Notes under the pieces: generated by a model
What the model was told of the DNA's origin: nothing
The model's database searches: none
The model's input: the letters and a program-made list of their open reading frames with translations, nothing else
In this document: piece by piece, positions 58,730 to 64,000 of the stretch
How the letters are laid out: the number at the start of each line of letters is the position of its first letter
How positions within the stretch are numbered: position 1 is the first letter of the stretch
Assembly: GCA_963758635.1 (NCBI GenBank)
Contig: CAVWWD010000005.1
Span: 672,001-736,000 of the forward strand
Length of the DNA stretch: 64,000 nucleotides
Reading direction: 5' to 3'
From: an uncultured Candidatus Rokubacteria bacterium
GTDB lineage: Bacteria; Methylomirabilota; Methylomirabilia; Rokubacteriales; CSP1-6
Made by a program: the position numbers and the translations under genes

Positions 58730-59251
58730 ATGCGCGCGGCCATCGTCGCCTTCGCCGTCCTGACGCTCGCCGCCCCCGCCGCGGCCGCGCCCGCGGCGCC
58801 GGCGGTGAACGTCAAGCTCCTCAACGGCGGCGAGCCGTTCGACTCCCGGACCCTCCTCGGCAAGAAGGCGCTGGTCCTCCGTTTCCAGGCGTCGTGGTGC
58901 AAGGTGTGCGCCGCGGAGGCGGACGGGCTGGAGCGCGTCTACCAGGCCTACCGCGATCGCGACGTGGAGTTCCTCGCCGTCCACATCCAGGACACCGAGG
59001 CCGACGCCCGCCGGTTCCTCACGGAGCACCACGCCACCTACCCCGCCGGCCTGGACCCGCGCCTGCGCATCGCCAACCGCTTCGGCTTCCGCGGCACGCC
59101 GTACACCGTGGTGGTCGACCGGCGAGGCGAGATGGTGGCCCGCATCCACGGCTCCGCCGACGAGACGCGGATCACGCGCACGCTGGACGCCGTCCTCAAG
59201 CCGAAGCCGGCCCGGAAGCCCCCGCCGAAGCGCCTGCAGCGCCTGCAATGA
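58730..59251 (+). CDS. TlpA/ResA-like disulfide reductase (redoxin)
   Basis: Signal peptide; FQASWCKVC, GTPYTVVVDRRG; alternative start at 58724. Confidence 0.88.
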   Translation: MRAAIVAFAVLTLAAPAAAAPAAPAVNVKLLNGGEPFDSRTLLGKKALVLRFQASWCKVCAAEADGLERVYQAYRDRDVEFLAVHIQDTEADARRFLTEHHATYPAGLDPRLRIANRFGFRGTPYTVVVDRRGEMVARIHGSADETRITRTLDAVLKPKPARKPPPKRLQRLQ

Positions 59252-59315
59252 GTCGACCAGCGTCCACATTCAGACACACTTGTCGACCGGGGGAATCGCT
59301 CGTAGGCTCCGCTCC

Positions 59316-59669
59316 ATGAGCGTCACGCACGTCAATGGCATCGTCAGCCGCAGTGGCCGCCGGTCCGTTTCCGTGCGCTTCCTGGTCGACACCGGCGCCG
59401 TATACACCGTCCTTCCCGAGGCGGTCTGGCGTCGCGTCGGACTTCGGGCCGAGCGGACGATCGAGTTCGGGATGGCTGACGGGACGACCATTGCCCGGGG
59501 AGTCTCCGAGGCACGCATCTCCGTCGGCGGACGGACCGCCACGTCACCCGTTGTACTTGGAGCGGCCAACGACGCCCTGCTGCTGGGCGCGGTCACGCTC
59601 GAGACGCTCGGTCTCATGGTCAATCCGCTGAGCCGCGAGTTGCTGCCGGTGCGCCTCTTGCCCATTTGA
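59316..59669 (+). CDS. Clan AA (retropepsin-like) single-domain aspartic protease
   Basis: FLVDTGAVYTVLP, MADG, LLGAVTLETLGL. Confidence 0.85.
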   Translation: MSVTHVNGIVSRSGRRSVSVRFLVDTGAVYTVLPEAVWRRVGLRAERTIEFGMADGTTIARGVSEARISVGGRTATSPVVLGAANDALLLGAVTLETLGLMVNPLSRELLPVRLLPI

Positions 59670-59731
59670 TCCAAGATCTTCCCGCGGCCCCGGAGTTTGC
59701 GGCGGGGCGGCGTCTGGGGTAAGTACATCGC

Positions 59732-60529
59732 GTGCCCGCCGCCGGCCTGCTCCCGAAGGTCTCCATCCGCGAGCTCAGCGTCACCTACGCGGCCCGCGGG
59801 CGGAGCGTGACCGCGCTCGATCGCATCTCCCTCGACGTGCAGGCCGGGGAGTTCCTCTGCCTGGTCGGCCCGTCGGGCTGCGGCAAGTCCACGCTGCTGC
59901 GCGTCTGCGCGGGGCTGGCGCGCCAGTACACGGGCCACGCCGAGATCCGCGCCGAGCGGCCCGGCGCGCCGCTCACCGCCATGGTGTTCCAGGACCACGC
60001 GCTGCTGCCGTGGCGCACCGTGCAGGCCAACGTGGAGTTCGGCCCGGAGAACCGCGGCGTGCCCCGCGCGGAGCGCCAGGCCCGGGCGCGCGAGATGCTC
60101 GCGCTGGTCGGGCTCGGGGGGTTCGCCGACGCGTACCCGCACCAGCTCTCGGGCGGCATGCGGCAGCGGGTGGGCATCGCCCGCGCCCTCGCCAACGACC
60201 CCGAGGTGCTGCTCATGGACGAGCCGCTCGCCGCGCTCGACGCGCAGACGCGCGCGATCCTGCAGGAGGAGCTGCTCCGGATCTGGTCGGGGCTGGGAAA
60301 GACGGTCATCTACGTCACCCACTCCCTCGAGGAGGCGTTGCTCCTGGGCGACCGCATCGTGCTGATGACGGCGCGGCCCGGGCGCGTGAAGCAGATCTTC
60401 CCCGTCCCGCTGGGACGCCCGCGCGGCCTGGAGGCGCGGTCCTCTCCCGAGTTCGGCGCGCTGTTCGAGAAGGTGTGGGCCGACCTGCGCGAGGAGGTGG
60501 TACGGGCCTCGAGCGAGGCCGCGCCGTGA
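59732..60529 (+). CDS. Nitrate/sulfonate/taurine-type ABC transporter ATP-binding protein
   Basis: [39 protein letters not shown]. Confidence 0.92.
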   Translation: MPAAGLLPKVSIRELSVTYAARGRSVTALDRISLDVQAGEFLCLVGPSGCGKSTLLRVCAGLARQYTGHAEIRAERPGAPLTAMVFQDHALLPWRTVQANVEFGPENRGVPRAERQARAREMLALVGLGGFADAYPHQLSGGMRQRVGIARALANDPEVLLMDEPLAALDAQTRAILQEELLRIWSGLGKTVIYVTHSLEEALLLGDRIVLMTARPGRVKQIFPVPLGRPRGLEARSSPEFGALFEKVWADLREEVVRASSEAAP

Positions 60530-61308
60530 GGCGGGCCGGCGGCCGGGGCGCGCGCGTCGCGCTGGCGCTTGCCCTGCCCGCGCTCGCGCTCGTCCTCTGG
60601 GAGGCGGCCGGCGCGGCGGGACTCGTCCGCCCCGCTTTCTTCCCGCGCCCCTCGGTGGTGGCGGGCCACGCGGTGACGCTGGCCGCCGACGGCACGCTGG
60701 CCGGTCACGCGTGGATCACGCTGGGCCGAGTGGGCGCGGCGTTCCTCCTCGCCGCCGTTCCCGGCGTGGCCGTGGGCATGGCCATGGGCATGTCGGGGGC
60801 GGCGCGAAGGGGCCTCGATCCCGTCTTCGCCGTCGTCTATCCGATCCCGAGCATCCTCTTCCTGCCGCTCCTGTCCTTCGTCGTCCGCTCGAGCGAGCCC
60901 GCCCTCGTCCTCACGAGCGCGGTGACCTCGTTCTTCCTCGTGGCGTACACGACGATGACGGGCGTGCACCAGGTGGACCGGTCGATCGTGGAGGCGGCCA
61001 CGCACTACGGGGCCCGAGGCGCGGCGCTCGTCGCGAAGGTCCTGCTGCCCGCGGCGGCGCCGGCGATCCTCACCGGGCTCCGGCTCGGTCTCGGCTACAC
61101 GCTGATCGTGGTGATCGCCACCGAGATGGTGAGCGCGACGAGCGGGCTCGGCTCGTTCCTCTGGCTCTCCTGGCAGGTCCTCAAGGTGGAGGACATGTAC
61201 GTGGCGCTCGCCGCCATCGCCGCCCTGGGCGCGCTCTCGAACTGGGCGCTGGCCGCGCTCCGCGCGCGCGTGCTCCCGTGGGCGCGCGACGCCGCGGAGG
61301 CCGCCTGA
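60526..61308 (+). CDS. ABC transporter permease (SsuC/TauC-like)
   Basis: FFPRPS, YPIPSI, EAATHYGA (EAA loop), ILTGLRLG. Confidence 0.9.
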   Translation: MRRAGGRGARVALALALPALALVLWEAAGAAGLVRPAFFPRPSVVAGHAVTLAADGTLAGHAWITLGRVGAAFLLAAVPGVAVGMAMGMSGAARRGLDPVFAVVYPIPSILFLPLLSFVVRSSEPALVLTSAVTSFFLVAYTTMTGVHQVDRSIVEAATHYGARGAALVAKVLLPAAAPAILTGLRLGLGYTLIVVIATEMVSATSGLGSFLWLSWQVLKVEDMYVALAAIAALGALSNWALAALRARVLPWARDAAEAA

Positions 61309-62051
61309 TGGCCGCGGCGCTGCCGCTCGCCCTCCTCGCCGTCTGGGAGGCCGCCTCGCGGCTGGCGTGGCTCTCGCCCCGCTACTTCCCCGCGCCGAGC
61401 ATCATCGCGGCGACCCTGGCGCAGGGGCTCGCCGGCGGCGCCCTCTGGGCCGACGTGGGCGTCACGCTCGGGCGCCTCGGCGCGGCCTTCGCGCTCGCCG
61501 CCGCCCTCGCCGTGCCGCTCGGTCTCGGCATGGGCCTCTGGCGGCCGCTGCGCGCGCTCCTCGAGGCGCCGGTGGCGCTCCTCTATCCCCTGCCGAAGAT
61601 CGCGCTGCTCCCGCTGTTCCTCGTGGCGCTCGGCGTGGGCGAGCCGGCCTTCGTGCTCACCGGCGCGGTCACCGCGTTCTTCCAGATCCTGATCAGCACC
61701 GCCGCGGGCGTCCGCGCGGTGGACCCGACGCTGATCGAGGTGGGCAAGAGCTACGGCGCGGGCCCGCTGGCCCTCTTCGGCAAGGTGCTGCTGCCCGCCG
61801 CGCTCCCCGCCATCCTGACCGGCTTGCGGCTCGGCCTGGGGCTGGCGCTCATCACGGTGATCGCAGTAGAGTTCGTCACGGCCAAGAGCGGCCTCGGCCA
61901 CCTGGTGTTCCGCCAGTGGCAGATGCTGCTCACGGCGGAGATGTTCGCGGGCCTCGCGGTGATCGGGGCGATCGGGCTCACGCTCACCCGGGGCCTGCGC
62001 GCGGTGCAGCAGCGCGCGCTGGCCTGGCAGGACGACGCCGGCTGGCGATGA
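61308..62051 (+). CDS. ABC transporter permease (SsuC/TauC-like), second copy
   Basis: YFPAPS, YPLPKIALLP, EVGKSYGA, ILTGLRLG. Confidence 0.9.
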   Translation: MAAALPLALLAVWEAASRLAWLSPRYFPAPSIIAATLAQGLAGGALWADVGVTLGRLGAAFALAAALAVPLGLGMGLWRPLRALLEAPVALLYPLPKIALLPLFLVALGVGEPAFVLTGAVTAFFQILISTAAGVRAVDPTLIEVGKSYGAGPLALFGKVLLPAALPAILTGLRLGLGLALITVIAVEFVTAKSGLGHLVFRQWQMLLTAEMFAGLAVIGAIGLTLTRGLRAVQQRALAWQDDAGWR

Positions 62052-62065
62052 ACCAGGGAGACTCC

Positions 62066-63089
62066 ATGGCTTCGATCACCGTCCCGACCCTCGCGCGCCG
62101 CGGCGCGCTCGTTCTGCTCGCCGCCCTCGCGCTCGCGTCCGCCGGCCCCGTCGCGGCGCAGTCGGGGCGGCCGGTGGTCAAGATCGGCTACATCCCGACC
62201 GACTCGTTCGCCGCGCTGTTCCTCCTGGCCGACCGCCACCTGCCCAGGACGGGCATCGCCGCCGAGACCGTGCGCCTCGCCGGCGGCCCGGAGATCCTGT
62301 CCCAGGTGGCGACGGGGCAGCTCCACGTCGGCGGGGCCGGCATGGGCGCCGCCGTCTTCAACGCGGTGGCCGGGAACCTGCCGGTGGAGTTCGTGGCGCC
62401 GCTGCACTCGGGCTACCTCGAGGACTACTTCACGGTGCGCAAGGCGACGTGGGGCAGGCGAGGTCAAGCGCATCCGCGACCTCAAGGGGCGGCCGGTGGC
62501 GCTGAACGTCCGCGGCGCCGCCGTGGAGTGGATGCTCGACCAGGCCCTCCGCAAGGACGGGCTCTCGATCAGGGACGTCCAGGTACGCCTGATGCCGTTC
62601 CCCGACATGGTCCCCGCGTTCGAGTCCGGCGCCGTGGACGCGGCGATCCTGTCCGAGCCGTTCCCGACGCTGGCCGAGGAGAAGGGCGTCGCCCTCCGCC
62701 CCCTGCCGAAGGCCGCCGGCGCCCAGGCGGGCCCGATCACCGCGATCTTCTGGAACCGCGACTGGGCTTCGAGCAACCCGGAGCTGGCCCACACCGTGAT
62801 GCAGGCGTACCTCCACGCCGTGCGCGACCTCGCCCTCGGCGACGGCTGGAAGCAGGACCGGAACATCGAGGTCATGGTGAAGTACACCGGCGCGAAGGCC
62901 GACGTGATCAAGCGCGCCCGCGCCCACGTGCTCGACCCGAACCTCGAGATGGACGCGAGCGTGCTCGACTCCATGCAGCGCTTCGCGTCCGAGCTGGGCT
63001 ACCTGAAGTACAAGGACCTGCTGCCGGCGTCGAAGGTCTTCAACTTCGAGTACCGCGACCGCGCGGTGCAGGAGGTGGGGCGGAAGTAG
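62066..63089 (+). CDS. ABC transporter substrate-binding protein (NMT1/SsuA-like); frameshift at ~62455
   Basis: Signal peptide, KIGYIP, VATGQLHVG; continues IRDLKGRPVA..PFPDMVPAF..GAVDAAILSEPF. Confidence 0.85.
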
Positions 63090-63095
63090 CAGACT

Positions 63096-63272
63096 CTACC
63101 GCGACTGCGTGAGAGCCTTCCGGACCTCGAGGTAGACCGCCGCGGTCACGCCCTCGATGCGCTCGAGCCGGCTCAGCAGGCGCAGTCCCCGATAGGCGAA
63201 GTACAGCCCGACGGTGGTCTCCAGCGCGACGAGCGCCAGCATCGCAGCAAGGAAGGCGTGCTCGGAAATCAT
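63096..63272 (-). CDS. Small hypothetical membrane protein (58 aa)
   Basis: MISEHAFLAAMLALVALETTVGLYFAYRGL..; one TM helix plus an amphipathic tail; plausible codon usage. Confidence 0.45.
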   Translation of the reverse strand: MISEHAFLAAMLALVALETTVGLYFAYRGLRLLSRLERIEGVTAAVYLEVRKALTQSR

Positions 63273-63642
63273 GGTCGGATTCTCGACCGGCGTGATCCTC
63301 GTGTCAACGTTCCGGATCGGATACAGCAGAAGCGAACAGCGCGGAATCGCTACGGACCTGTCCGGCGTCCCTGAGGTTGGTTGCGCCCGGGTTGCGGAAG
63401 GTGGTCGCGCTCGCGTGCGCGTGCAAGGCGGGGATTGCGGTGCGGTTGCCTCCGAAGTCGTAGCGCAGAGCCACGCCGGGCGCGCGCCGAGACGGGACGA
63501 CGGCCCGCTCTCGACGCCGTTGCTGGTCGATCCTGAACGCGACTTGTGGCGCGCCAACTAGCGCGACGACGGCGGCCAGGAGGTGCGGGTCGAGAGCGAG
63601 GTGTCCGTTGGTCAGGGGGCGGCGTGGGAGCGCAGTCAGGCG

Positions 63643-64000
63643 ATGGACGAGGAGTGGATCGAGCAGTTCACCGACGAGCCGCAAGATCGCCGCGTCCCCG
63701 CGATCAGGGGCGGCGCGCTGGCCGCAGTGGACGAGCTGCGCCTCGACATCCGGGCACGCCTTCTCGACGAGGCGTTGCCTTGTATCGACGGGCGCGCCTC
63801 GGTCGCAGCCGGGAGCGGCACCAACAGGCGTGTCTGCTGCCGCAGGACCATCGAGACGGAGGACCGCGAGTACCAGCCCGCGGCCGGGGCCTCGCGCCGG
63901 GCGGCGGGCGCTACTGAGCTACCGACGCCGACGCCACGCGCCGACGCCGACGAGCCCGGCGGCGACGAGCAGCAGCGTGGTCGGCGCCGCAACCGGGGCG
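63643..64000 (+). CDS. Hypothetical protein (possibly degenerate), open to the window end
   Basis: Manual translation MDEEWIEQF..LRLDIRARLLDEALP..GSGTNRRVCCRRTIETEDREY..; no stop before the edge. Confidence 0.3.
   Translation, partial: MDEEWIEQFTDEPQDRRVPAIRGGALAAVDELRLDIRARLLDEALPCIDGRASVAAGSGTNRRVCCRRTIETEDREYQPAAGASRRAAGATELPTPTPRADADEPGGDEQQRGRRRNRG

Noticed and set aside
59316..59669. Retroelement-derived protease indicating a retroelement
   Set aside because: Stand-alone clan AA proteases are common in bacteria and no reverse transcriptase is nearby

Overview
GC-rich bacterial chromosomal segment. The gene content (many ABC transporters, LLM oxidoreductases, CoA-transferases) is compatible with a Rokubacteria/Methylomirabilota-like soil lineage, but that is inference only. 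About 15 single-base frameshifts interrupt otherwise intact genes, which points to long-read assembly indels rather than real pseudogenes. Most of the window is ordinary catabolism and transport: a Liv-type ABC operon with an embedded acyl-CoA ligase, an amidohydrolase, GGT, a phosphonate monoester hydrolase, LLMs, treY-glgX-treZ, srkA, a FAD/Fe-S oxidase and a sulfonate/nitrate-type ABC system. Five things stand out. (1) A compact, ketosynthase-less biosynthetic operon (ACP, stand-alone HxxxD condensation-like acyltransferase, FAD oxidoreductase, adenylating ligase, flavin-dependent halogenase; 25672-31203) lies directly behind a PEP-CTERM-type surface-protein gene and is closed by a degenerate ~85-bp copy of that gene's sorting-signal tail. 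(2) Three exosortase-substrate genes and a TPR lipoprotein are present; the three substrate genes share a sigma-54/IHF/enhancer promoter architecture with conserved spacing. (3) A UGA-readthrough selenoprotein (WASW-U-GC, with a SECIS-like hairpin) was split by the ORF caller and is translationally coupled to a CoA-transferase. (4) Gene relics sit in intergenic DNA: an NRPS A-T fossil, an SDR stub and an HpcH aldolase stub. (5) There are REP/MITE-like repeat families and overlapping bidirectional -10 promoters. No rRNA, tRNA, CRISPR array, integrase or transposase was recognised.
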